Source: a virus (Duplodnaviria; Caudoviricetes). Taken from it: 53,854 nt of DNA. Numbering within the stretch: position 1 is the stretch's first letter; the number at the start of each line of letters is the position of its first letter. This document shows, piece by piece, positions 1-8,734 of this stretch. Where the stretch lies: positions 1 through 53,854 of IMG/VR virus record IMGVR_UViG_3300021961_000135; one strand, 5' to 3'. The notes below the pieces were generated by a model. It saw nothing but the letters and a program-made list of their open reading frames with translations. It was not told the origin of the DNA and made no database searches. The position numbers and the translations under genes were made by a program.

Positions 1-2
1 TA

Positions 3-341
3 GACCAGCGGGATGCGTTTACACCACCCGCAGAAGCCATGCGTAAATATTCAATGGAGGAAGTCGATGCAATACTTAGGGCAGACCTTGCTCGCTTTGA
101 GAAAGGCGTGGCTACTTATTGTCCTGTTGCTCTTACTCAAGGACAGTTTGATGCGCTGGTATCATTTTCCTTTAATGTGGGGCTAGGCACATTACAGCGT
201 TCAACACTTCGTCAGAAGGTGCTTCGTGGTGATATGGAAGGCGCGGCAGAAGAACTCTTGAAGTATTGCATGGCGGGGGGTAAAATTCTCAAAGGGCTGC
301 AAAAACGTCGCATCGACGAACGCGCCGTGTTTTTATCCTAG
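3..341 (+). CDS. Phage lysozyme/endolysin (GH24-like), 5'-truncated
   Basis: Frame is open from the window start. LTQGQFDALVSFSFNVG and GLQKRRIDE are typical of the C-terminal half of phage muramidases. Confidence 0.9.
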   Translation, partial: DQRDAFTPPAEAMRKYSMEEVDAILRADLARFEKGVATYCPVALTQGQFDALVSFSFNVGLGTLQRSTLRQKVLRGDMEGAAEELLKYCMAGGKILKGLQKRRIDERAVFLS

Positions 342-349
342 GATTGCCC

Positions 350-2212
350 ATGCCATTACAAAAAATCCTGTTTAAGCCCGGTGTAAATCGGGAAAACACA
401 AGATACACCACCGAGGGTGGCTGGTATGACTGCGACAAAGTTCGTTTCCGTCAAGGAACGCCTGAGAAGATTGGTGGGTGGCAACGCATCTCTGCAACGA
501 CTTTTTTGGGTGTGTGCAGGTCATTGTGGAACTGGGTGACGCTGGGTAGCCAGAACCTGCTGGGTGTGGGCACACACCTCAAGTTTTATATTGAAAACGG
601 GGGCGCATACAACGACATCACCCCCATCCGCGCAACCCTTACGTTGGCCAACAACCCCTTCTCCACTACCCTAAATTCAACCACCGTCACGGTGACAGAT
701 GCCGCTGGTGGCTATGCCAATGGTGCTTTTGTAACGTTCAGTGGCGCTACTGCTGTAGGCGGTTTGACACTCAATGGTGAATATCAGATCACAATCCCCG
801 GCACAGCAACCACCACATACGAGATCACGGCGGCATCGGCTGCAACTTCAACGGCTGTGGGCGGTGGAGCCGCAGTCTCAGCGGCATACCAAGTTAATCC
901 CGGCCCTGAATACGCAGTACCCTTGTCTGGTTGGGGCGCTAGCGCTTGGGGGTCTGGTACTTGGGGTATTGGCTCTGCGTCAACCGATGCACTGCGTATT
1001 TGGAACCAAACCAACTTTGGTCAGAACTTGATCTTTGGCCCACGCGGTGAAGGCATTTACTATTGGGATGCCGCTACAAGTTTGACCACACGCGGCGTGC
1101 TTTTGTCTTCTTTGGCAGGCGCATCGGATGTGCCTTTGCACCAGAACTTCTTGCTTGTCTCAGACGCAAGCCGCTTTGTAATCGTGTTTGGCACAAACGA
1201 ACTTGGCGACACCATCCTTGACCCAATGCTGATTCGTTGGTCTGACCAAGAAGACCCCGTGCAGTGGACACCCGCAATTACCAACCAAGCAGGTAGCATC
1301 CGCCTTTCACACGGCTCACGTATTGTGACAGCGCTCCAGTCTCGCCAAGAGATTATTGTTTGGACAGACTCTTCTTTGTATTCGCTTCAATACCTTGGGC
1401 CGCCTTTTGTGTGGAGTTCGCAGCTCCTTGCGGATAACATTTCGCTAGTAGGCCCCAACGCCGCGGCTATTGCTTCTGGCGTGACATACTGGATGGGCGT
1501 AGACAAGTTTTACAAATACGATGGCCGTGTGCAGACCCTGCGCTGTGACCTGCGCGAATTTGTCTTTAGCGACATTAACCAAGCCCAGTACGAGCAGGTG
1601 TTTGCAAGCACCAATGAAGGCTTTAACGAAGTGTGGTTCTTCTACTGCTCTGCGGGTTCATTTACTGTTGATAAGTACGTGGTGTACAACTACGAAGAAG
1701 ACATCTGGTACTACGGCTCGATGGCGCGTACGGCTTGGCTTGACTCGGGCCTACGTAACTACCCACTGGCCGCTACGTACAACTACAACGTGGTGAACCA
1801 TGAACAAGGCGTAGACGACAACGCTACTGGCACTGCTACGGCAATTGAGGCATACATCAGTTCTTCGCAGTTTGACATTGGTGACGGCCACAACTTTGGC
1901 TTTGTCTGGCGTATCCTGCCGGACATCACGTTCCGCGGGTCGACTGCCACAAGCCCACAGGCTACGATGTATTTGCAGCCTTTGCAAAACTCAGGCTCTG
2001 GGTATAACAATCCCATGTCTGTTGCTAGCACCAACAGCGGTACAGTGACGCGCACAGCGATTATTCCCGTGGAAGAGTTCACAGGGCAGATCAACACCCG
2101 TGTGCGTGGCCGTCAGATGGCGTTCAAGATTGACTCCAACGCACTTGGTGTGACGTGGCAGTTAGGCGCCCCCCGTATGGACATCCGGCCTGATGGCCGC
2201 AGGGGTGGTTGA
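350..2212 (+). CDS. Tail tubular/head-stabilisation protein (P22 gp10 / nozzle-like beta-propeller)
   Basis: ~620 aa, beta-rich, with IRWSDQED and YWMG motifs and an inserted T/A-rich beta domain. Lies upstream of putative ejection genes. Confidence 0.7.
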   Translation: MPLQKILFKPGVNRENTRYTTEGGWYDCDKVRFRQGTPEKIGGWQRISATTFLGVCRSLWNWVTLGSQNLLGVGTHLKFYIENGGAYNDITPIRATLTLANNPFSTTLNSTTVTVTDAAGGYANGAFVTFSGATAVGGLTLNGEYQITIPGTATTTYEITAASAATSTAVGGGAAVSAAYQVNPGPEYAVPLSGWGASAWGSGTWGIGSASTDALRIWNQTNFGQNLIFGPRGEGIYYWDAATSLTTRGVLLSSLAGASDVPLHQNFLLVSDASRFVIVFGTNELGDTILDPMLIRWSDQEDPVQWTPAITNQAGSIRLSHGSRIVTALQSRQEIIVWTDSSLYSLQYLGPPFVWSSQLLADNISLVGPNAAAIASGVTYWMGVDKFYKYDGRVQTLRCDLREFVFSDINQAQYEQVFASTNEGFNEVWFFYCSAGSFTVDKYVVYNYEEDIWYYGSMARTAWLDSGLRNYPLAATYNYNVVNHEQGVDDNATGTATAIEAYISSSQFDIGDGHNFGFVWRILPDITFRGSTATSPQATMYLQPLQNSGSGYNNPMSVASTNSGTVTRTAIIPVEEFTGQINTRVRGRQMAFKIDSNALGVTWQLGAPRMDIRPDGRRGG

Positions 2213-2847
2213 TGACGTTTGCTGTCACTTCCGACTTTGAACTCAATAGGGTTGTTGCGCCGCGCCTGCCCTTTGCCACAAAAGAATACGACCCCCGCTA
2301 TGTTGACCAACTTAACAACATTTTGCGCCTGTACTTTAACCAGCTTGACAACATCATTGGGCAGTTAAAAACTCTATCGGTTCCGTATGGCGCGTTTTCC
2401 AGCGATCAAGACCAAGTAACTACAGCCAATACTGCAACGCTGATGACGCTTAACACCACTGATTTTGCTAATGATGTGTCAATCAGTTCTTCGGAAATTA
2501 CGGTAGCAACGGCTGGCATATACAACCTACAATTTAGTGCTCAATTTGTAAATACAGATACAGCCTTCCAAGATGTGTACATCTGGCTTCGTCAAAACGG
2601 TGTAGATATTCCCGGCTCAACAGGTTTTGTGTCTATCCCAAACAGACACGCAGGTACGGATGGCCATGCAATTGTTGGCTGGAACTACTTTTTAAGTATG
2701 GCGGCAGATGACTATGTTGAGATTTACTGGTCTGTGCCTAACGTTGCTGTGACCATCCAACATCTTGCCGCTTCAGGAACACCTACTAAACCTTCTACGC
2801 AGTCGGTGGTGGCCACAATGTCATTTGTCTCAACGCCGCCGCCATGA
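2212..2847 (+). CDS. Virion protein with N-terminal helix and C-terminal C1q/BclA-like beta domain
   Basis: Overlaps the upstream stop codon. AGIYNLQFSAQF...DDYVEIYW resembles a C1q-like jelly roll. Confidence 0.55.
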   Translation: MTFAVTSDFELNRVVAPRLPFATKEYDPRYVDQLNNILRLYFNQLDNIIGQLKTLSVPYGAFSSDQDQVTTANTATLMTLNTTDFANDVSISSSEITVATAGIYNLQFSAQFVNTDTAFQDVYIWLRQNGVDIPGSTGFVSIPNRHAGTDGHAIVGWNYFLSMAADDYVEIYWSVPNVAVTIQHLAASGTPTKPSTQSVVATMSFVSTPPP

Positions 2848-2853
2848 TAAACT
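2825..2853 (+). promoter_or_regulatory. sigma70-type promoter
   Basis: TTGTCT-N17-TAAACT with extended -10 TG, ~30 bp upstream of the ATG at 2882. Confidence 0.55.
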
Positions 2854-2881
2854 CAACTAACCCCCATTTTAAGAGGCAAAT

Positions 2882-5230
2882 ATGAGCCTACACGCCCTCG
2901 CAGATCACATGGCCTCACGCGGTCGCGGCCCAGATACAACGCTGGTTCACATGGCCCCCCAAGAAGTTGCAGGCTTGCAAGCTTTGGCTTTGGCGCATGG
3001 CGGCTCATTAACCATCAACCCAGACACGGGTTTACCAGAAGCGGGCTTCCTTAAGAAGTTGTTGCCGGCAATCGCTGGTTTTGCACTTAATGCGTTTGCC
3101 CCCGGCTTTGGTTCTGCTATTGGTGCGGCTTTGGGCGGTTTGGGCAGCGCGGCGGGTACAGCGATTGGCCTTGGTGGTATTACAGGTTTGGCTACTGGAA
3201 ACTTACAAAAAGGTTTGATGGCTGGCTTGGGTGCTTATGGTGGCGCTAGCCTTGCTGGTGGTGTGATGGGTGCTGGTGTGGGTGCTGCACAACAAGGCGC
3301 TATGGGGGCACTTACCCAAGAACAAATTGCGGCAAAAATGGCCGAGACAGGTTTAACTGAACAAGGCGTGCTTAACCAAGCCGCTGCGGAAGCTTCCAAA
3401 TCAGCTTTGGCTAGCGGTAGCGCTGGGCAAACACTTTCTTCTGGTTTTGGTGCAATCACAAAAGACCCTTCCGCATTTGGTAGCTTTGCCAAACAAAACG
3501 CTGGCGCACTTTTGGGTGTAACTTCCCCGTTGCTGGCTGACCAAGGAGTTGAAACTGTTACAAAACTGGATAACCCCGGCTATATCCGTAACTTTGACTA
3601 CGACCCAATGACACAAACGGCCAGAGCGTTAAACCCTGTCCGTGTTAGAGACTTAGGCTATGCCGGTGGTGGTGAGATTGGCGCACCCAAAACAATTACA
3701 CAAATGCCCGGCACAAGCCCTTATCGGGACTCCCAAGCCGCGTACGAATACTTGATGGGTATTGCACCTAAAGAACCTCAACAAAATACACAGACGCAAA
3801 CACCAACGTCAACTAACCCCGCATCTGAGGGTCGTTACGCGTGGGATTCTGACAAGAAAGCCTACACATTTATCCCTGCAAACGGTGTAACAGAAACTAC
3901 GCCCACCCCTGCCCCTGCTTTAAACTATGAATTTGGTGGTGGTGATAGCGGCTCTGGCGTTGGCGGCGGCTCGGGTGGAGTTGGTACGGCTGGCGCAGGC
4001 GTTGCTGATTCAAATTCAGCCGATTTTGGTGATACCAGCAGTAGCAGTAGCGATAGCAGTAGCGATTCCGGTGACGCCGGTGCATCGGGTGGAGGCGGAG
4101 GTGGCGCGGCTGGTGATGGCGGTACTGGTGCTGGAGATGGTGATGGAGGCGCTTCAGGTGGAGGCGGAGGTGGTGCGGCTGGTGGTGACGGCGAAGCCAA
4201 TGGTGGTTTGATGCGCTTGCACAAAAAGTTTGCCGAAGGCGGTGCTACTAGTGTTCGTGACGGTAGCGCACAAGCTGCGTACAACTATTTGATGGGTTTA
4301 ACAAACTCAACAAGACCAGATGCGCCTGCATACACACCACAGCCCGTTTACATACCACCAACACCAGCAAAAAAAGATGATGATTTACCTACTTTAAATC
4401 CGTTTACTCCAGTTACAGGCGGTGGTGGTGGGGGCGGTATTGGCGGTGGTGGGGGCGGTGGGGGTGGCGCAAGTGTGGGTAATGCCCCTTCAGCTGGAAC
4501 AGACCCATCACCTACATATTCAGGCTTTGTGCCCCAGCCAGCTAACCCCAACATACCTGTTGTAGACCTTACACCTACAACTACGCCAGCATTTCAGGGC
4601 GATCCTTACGATCAGCCATATGTGCCACCTCAAGGCGATCCTTACGATCAGCCATATGTGCCACCTCAAGGCGATCCGTACGATCAGCCGTACGAGCCAT
4701 ACGTGTCTGATCCTTACAACCCTAACCCGGTATATAACGCGCCGTATGTTCCTGAGCCATATGTCCCCGCGCCCTCTGTTCCTGAACCATCTGCAGGCTT
4801 GCCAGACCCGTTTGGTTCATACCCGGGCGACCCAACATACTTTGGTGATGACGACGAGTTAGGCTACTTAAGTGGTAATGCAAATGGCGGTCTGATGGGC
4901 TACGCTAACGGCGGCATGGCCTATGCCATGGGTGGTGGTCTCGGTTCTTTGGGCGGTTACTCTGATGGTGGCCGTCTGCTTCGTGGCCCCGGTGATGGTG
5001 TGTCTGACAGCATCCCTGCCATGATTGGTAAAAGGCAACCCGCACGCCTTGCCGATGGTGAGTTTGTTGTTCCAGCCCGTATCGTGTCAGAATTGGGCAA
5101 CGGCTCTACTGAAGCAGGAGCGCGCAAGCTCTACAAAATGATGGACAGAATTCAGGCCGCACGAGGCAAAACAGTGGGCAAAGGCCGCGTGGCTAAAAAC
5201 TCCCGCGCTGAAAAGCATTTACCTGCATAA
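2882..5230 (+). CDS. Putative internal virion/DNA-ejection protein, Gly/Pro-rich
   Basis: 782 aa. N-terminal GRGPDTTLVHM...INPDTGLPE and C-terminal GPGDGVSDSIPA...LADGEFVVPA segments flank hydrophobic Gly/Ala and low-complexity tracts. Confidence 0.6.
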   Translation: MSLHALADHMASRGRGPDTTLVHMAPQEVAGLQALALAHGGSLTINPDTGLPEAGFLKKLLPAIAGFALNAFAPGFGSAIGAALGGLGSAAGTAIGLGGITGLATGNLQKGLMAGLGAYGGASLAGGVMGAGVGAAQQGAMGALTQEQIAAKMAETGLTEQGVLNQAAAEASKSALASGSAGQTLSSGFGAITKDPSAFGSFAKQNAGALLGVTSPLLADQGVETVTKLDNPGYIRNFDYDPMTQTARALNPVRVRDLGYAGGGEIGAPKTITQMPGTSPYRDSQAAYEYLMGIAPKEPQQNTQTQTPTSTNPASEGRYAWDSDKKAYTFIPANGVTETTPTPAPALNYEFGGGDSGSGVGGGSGGVGTAGAGVADSNSADFGDTSSSSSDSSSDSGDAGASGGGGGGAAGDGGTGAGDGDGGASGGGGGGAAGGDGEANGGLMRLHKKFAEGGATSVRDGSAQAAYNYLMGLTNSTRPDAPAYTPQPVYIPPTPAKKDDDLPTLNPFTPVTGGGGGGGIGGGGGGGGGASVGNAPSAGTDPSPTYSGFVPQPANPNIPVVDLTPTTTPAFQGDPYDQPYVPPQGDPYDQPYVPPQGDPYDQPYEPYVSDPYNPNPVYNAPYVPEPYVPAPSVPEPSAGLPDPFGSYPGDPTYFGDDDELGYLSGNANGGLMGYANGGMAYAMGGGLGSLGGYSDGGRLLRGPGDGVSDSIPAMIGKRQPARLADGEFVVPARIVSELGNGSTEAGARKLYKMMDRIQAARGKTVGKGRVAKNSRAEKHLPA
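4595..4702 (+). repeat. 3 x 36-bp in-frame tandem repeat (QGDPYDQPYVPP)
   Basis: Units start at 4595, 4631 and 4667. The first two differ by one base. Confidence 0.95.
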
Positions 5231-5239
5231 GGAAAGAAA

Positions 5240-6931
5240 ATGGCAGAACAAATTGTACGAAATCAAATAGGCTTCGCGCCTGAGATTGCGCCGTTTGCGC
5301 AAAACCTTATGGGTATGGCCGAGGGTACGGCGTTTACATACAAAAAAGACGCTAACGGCCAAGTAATAATTGATCCTGTTACTAAACTACCAATTGTTTC
5401 TGGGTTTCAGCAACAACCCACATACGATCAGTGGGCGCGTCAACAAGGTCTTGCTAACCCCGAACGTGTAGCGCAGTTTACTGATCTGCAAAAGCAGGCG
5501 TTTACAGGCGCAAAAAATCTAGGCTATGACCCGTATTCTCAAGCAGCCGCACAAGGACTGCAAGGGTTGGCTGAAAAGGCTGGCGCGTACAATTACGCCC
5601 CCGAAAGGTTTGGCAACGCATACACAAGTCAACAAGCGTACAACCCATCTCAGTTCAGTGCCCGAGAGGTAAGCGCCCCTCAGTTGCAAAACTACCAGAT
5701 GCAAGGCCCCAAGGATATACAGGCCGAACGAGTTGCCGCTGAACGAGTCAATGCCCCTCAATTGCAGGCTCTTAGCATGCAAGCGGCTAAAGATGTCAAC
5801 ACGCAAAGCTTGACCCAGCCCGGTGCTGTTGACCAGTACATGTCCCCCTACATGCAGAATGTGGTGGGTATTCAACAGCGTGAAGCGCAGCGTGTTGCAG
5901 ACATTGACAGAACACAGCGTAACGCACAAGCAGTTAAAGCCGGTGCGTTTGGCGGTAGCCGCCAAGCCATCATGGACGCAGAAGCGGCTCGTAACTTAGC
6001 CATTCAAAAGGGCGACATCCAAGCCAAGGGTTCACAAGACGCTTTTACTCAAGCACAGGCTCAGTTCAATGCAGAACAGCAAGCGCGTTTGCAAGCCAAC
6101 CTAGCTAACCAAGGCGTTCAGCAACAAGCCAACGTGCAAAACTTAAGTGCGGGTTTACAAACGCAAGGTTTGGGCGCACAGACAGGGCTGCAAGCACAGC
6201 AGTTAAACCAACAGACAGGTCTGCAAGCGTTGTTGGCTAACCAACAAACCGGTCTGCAAGCGAATCAAGCTAACCAGAACATGGGCTACAACGTTGGCAA
6301 CGCAAACCTGCAAGCTAACTTGGCACAGCAACAACTTGGTTCTGGTCAGAACATGCAGGCTCAACTGGCTAACCAGCAGTATGGTTTGAACGCTCAGCAG
6401 ATGCAAGAGCAAGCTCGCCAGTATGGTTACGGCCAGCAGATGAACAACGCGCAGAACCAAGCGCAGTATGGCCAAGCGGCAAACCAACTCAACGCACAGC
6501 AGTCACAGTTTGGCGCAGGTCTGGGCTTGCAGGGGATGCAAGCGGGTATGACTGGCTATCAAAACCTTGGCTCTCAAGGTCAGAACCTGTACAACCAGAA
6601 CATGGGCAATCTGGGCATGCAGAATCAGTTTGGTACACAGCAACAGCAGAATGTGCAGAACATTTTGAGCAATCAGTATCAGGACTATTTGACTGCGCAG
6701 AACAACCCATACAAACAAATGGGCTTCTTGTCTGACATGTATCGCGGTGCACCGCTGTCTCAGCAAGGCAGTACCATGTACACATCACCACCCTCACTGC
6801 TTAACCAAGTGGCGGGTGTAGGCACAGCCGCGTATGGTGCGTACAAAATGTTCGGCAGTAAAAAAGGTGGTGTAATTAAAGAGCGCCCCAACGCCGGTCT
6901 GGCAAAATTACTCCTTCACAAAATGGGTTAA
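5240..6931 (+). CDS. Gln-rich putative DNA-ejection/pilot protein
   Basis: 563 aa with YMSPYMQNVV, GAFGGSRQA and ANQQ repeats, in the position of podovirus ejection proteins. Confidence 0.6.
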   Translation: MAEQIVRNQIGFAPEIAPFAQNLMGMAEGTAFTYKKDANGQVIIDPVTKLPIVSGFQQQPTYDQWARQQGLANPERVAQFTDLQKQAFTGAKNLGYDPYSQAAAQGLQGLAEKAGAYNYAPERFGNAYTSQQAYNPSQFSAREVSAPQLQNYQMQGPKDIQAERVAAERVNAPQLQALSMQAAKDVNTQSLTQPGAVDQYMSPYMQNVVGIQQREAQRVADIDRTQRNAQAVKAGAFGGSRQAIMDAEAARNLAIQKGDIQAKGSQDAFTQAQAQFNAEQQARLQANLANQGVQQQANVQNLSAGLQTQGLGAQTGLQAQQLNQQTGLQALLANQQTGLQANQANQNMGYNVGNANLQANLAQQQLGSGQNMQAQLANQQYGLNAQQMQEQARQYGYGQQMNNAQNQAQYGQAANQLNAQQSQFGAGLGLQGMQAGMTGYQNLGSQGQNLYNQNMGNLGMQNQFGTQQQQNVQNILSNQYQDYLTAQNNPYKQMGFLSDMYRGAPLSQQGSTMYTSPPSLLNQVAGVGTAAYGAYKMFGSKKGGVIKERPNAGLAKLLLHKMG

Positions 6932-6940
6932 GAGGTACAT

Positions 6941-8665
6941 ATGTCTTTAGATAGCATCTATCAAACACGCGGGGACATTACCAACCCAAACCTTAAATCG
7001 GTTTTGGCCAAGCTTGCGGTGATGAACCCCCAACAGCTGCAGGCGTTTGCCGCCGCAAATGAAGACGACCCCATCATGTTGTCTGCCGCACAGGCCGTGC
7101 ACTCAAACCACAAAAAGTTTGCAGAAGCTATGATGGCACAGCAGGGTGGCCAGATGCCCCCTGTTAACCAGCAAGTGGTTCAGAATATGAACCCTGCGCC
7201 CCAAGGCGGTCAGGGTATGCCACCCCAAGGTATGCCACCCCAAGGCGGGCCTTTGCCAGAAGAGCAAGGGATTGCACAGTTGCCTACACCCAACATTCAG
7301 AACATGGCCGGTGGTGGTATCGTAGCGTTTGCCGATGGCGGCTACACCGATGAAGACATGATGAGCAACGGTGAACCTGTAATTCGTATGGCTGATGGCG
7401 GACATGTCCCCCGTTACCAAGGTGTTCCTACCGCTATGGGCGGAGACGGTAGTTTGGTTCGGTTGCCCAACGAAAGTTTTGCTGACTACCGACGCCGTAC
7501 GTTTGAGGCTATTTTACAAGAACAGAGAGATAGAAACACAGCCGAAGAAAAAGCACGTGAATCAGAGCGACAACGCATGTTGGCTGAGCGTGGGGCAGAC
7601 AGTATCGTGCCGCCAAGTCCGTTTTTTGAGCGTACACCTCTGGCCACTAATGCCGCGCCTGCAACTGCTAGTGCAACGCCTGTGACTGAAAAACCCTTAA
7701 TAATTCCTTACGGACAAAGCAAAGCACTTAACGTGTTAGGTGACAAACCACCAGCATCTGCACCTGCACCCGGCACAAAACCTCCTGCACCCGGCACAAA
7801 ACCAGCTGCACCAGTAGCCGACAAAGCGTCCGAAGGACTTGAAGCGCTGACTAGCAGATTTACACGCGAATCAGACCTTGCACAGGGGGCTTTGAGAAAT
7901 CAACGTGCGGGACTTTCTTCATTACTTGAGCAAGAAGCCGCTGACGAGGCCGCAGCCGTTAAGAAACGCGTCAAAGACGAAGGCGACGTGTTTGCTGGCA
8001 AAGAAGAACGCCTTGCAAAACGCGAACAAGGCATAACGGGGATGAAAAATGAAAACCTTGGTTTAGCCTTGTTGCAAGCGGGCGCAGCTATTATGTCAAC
8101 TCCGGGCAATCTTGGCGAGGCTGTTGGCATAGGCGTCCAAGTAGGAAGTAAGAGCTACATTGCTGGTATGGACAAGATCAATGCCGCCCAAGAAAAATTT
8201 GCTGATGCGCGTGAGCGTTTGGAAGATTTGCGCCTAAACCGCAAGGACATGAATGCCAAAGAAATTCAAGCTGCCGATCGTTTCATTCGCACCGCCAGAA
8301 TTCAAGGTCAACAATTGATGTTGGATGGCGCAACAAACGATTTGAAAATTTCTACTGATAATCAAAGAGCAATCTTTACTACTGCGGCTGACGCAATCCA
8401 GACAGATAAGAAAGTCCAAGCACAACTTGAATCTTCGCGTATTACTGCAAACCGACCACCTGAGCAGATTCAGATCGCTACGGCACTGGGGAACGGCAAT
8501 ATTGAGGCTGGTTTGCGTAAAATTGCAGAGATTCAAGCAGGTAAGTTTAGCGTTACTAACTCTTACGCTGATTACTTAAAGGCTTTTGCAGGCAAGGAGA
8601 CCTTAACCCCGCCGCTTACTTTTGCTAATTACGCGGCGCAATTTGGGGCTACCCTACCGCGTTAA
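6941..8665 (+). CDS. Putative internal virion/ejection protein
   Basis: 574 aa with MAGGGIVAFADGG, Pro-rich linkers, coiled coil and a hydrophobic LGLALLQAGAAIM segment. Confidence 0.55.
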   Translation: MSLDSIYQTRGDITNPNLKSVLAKLAVMNPQQLQAFAAANEDDPIMLSAAQAVHSNHKKFAEAMMAQQGGQMPPVNQQVVQNMNPAPQGGQGMPPQGMPPQGGPLPEEQGIAQLPTPNIQNMAGGGIVAFADGGYTDEDMMSNGEPVIRMADGGHVPRYQGVPTAMGGDGSLVRLPNESFADYRRRTFEAILQEQRDRNTAEEKARESERQRMLAERGADSIVPPSPFFERTPLATNAAPATASATPVTEKPLIIPYGQSKALNVLGDKPPASAPAPGTKPPAPGTKPAAPVADKASEGLEALTSRFTRESDLAQGALRNQRAGLSSLLEQEAADEAAAVKKRVKDEGDVFAGKEERLAKREQGITGMKNENLGLALLQAGAAIMSTPGNLGEAVGIGVQVGSKSYIAGMDKINAAQEKFADARERLEDLRLNRKDMNAKEIQAADRFIRTARIQGQQLMLDGATNDLKISTDNQRAIFTTAADAIQTDKKVQAQLESSRITANRPPEQIQIATALGNGNIEAGLRKIAEIQAGKFSVTNSYADYLKAFAGKETLTPPLTFANYAAQFGATLPR

Positions 8666-8734
8666 TTTTTGCCATAATAGGCTGGCGCTCAAACATTCGG
8701 GGTCGCGCCACCCGATCACAATTTAAGAACTGCC

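Noticed and set aside
3930-4470. GGT/GGC-rich tracts as DNA repeats or G-quadruplexes
   Set aside because: Explained by poly-Gly/Ser coding with varied synonymous codons.
7211-7804. Short tandem repeats (QGMPP, PAPGTKP)
   Set aside because: Ordinary low-complexity linker expansions in a virion protein.
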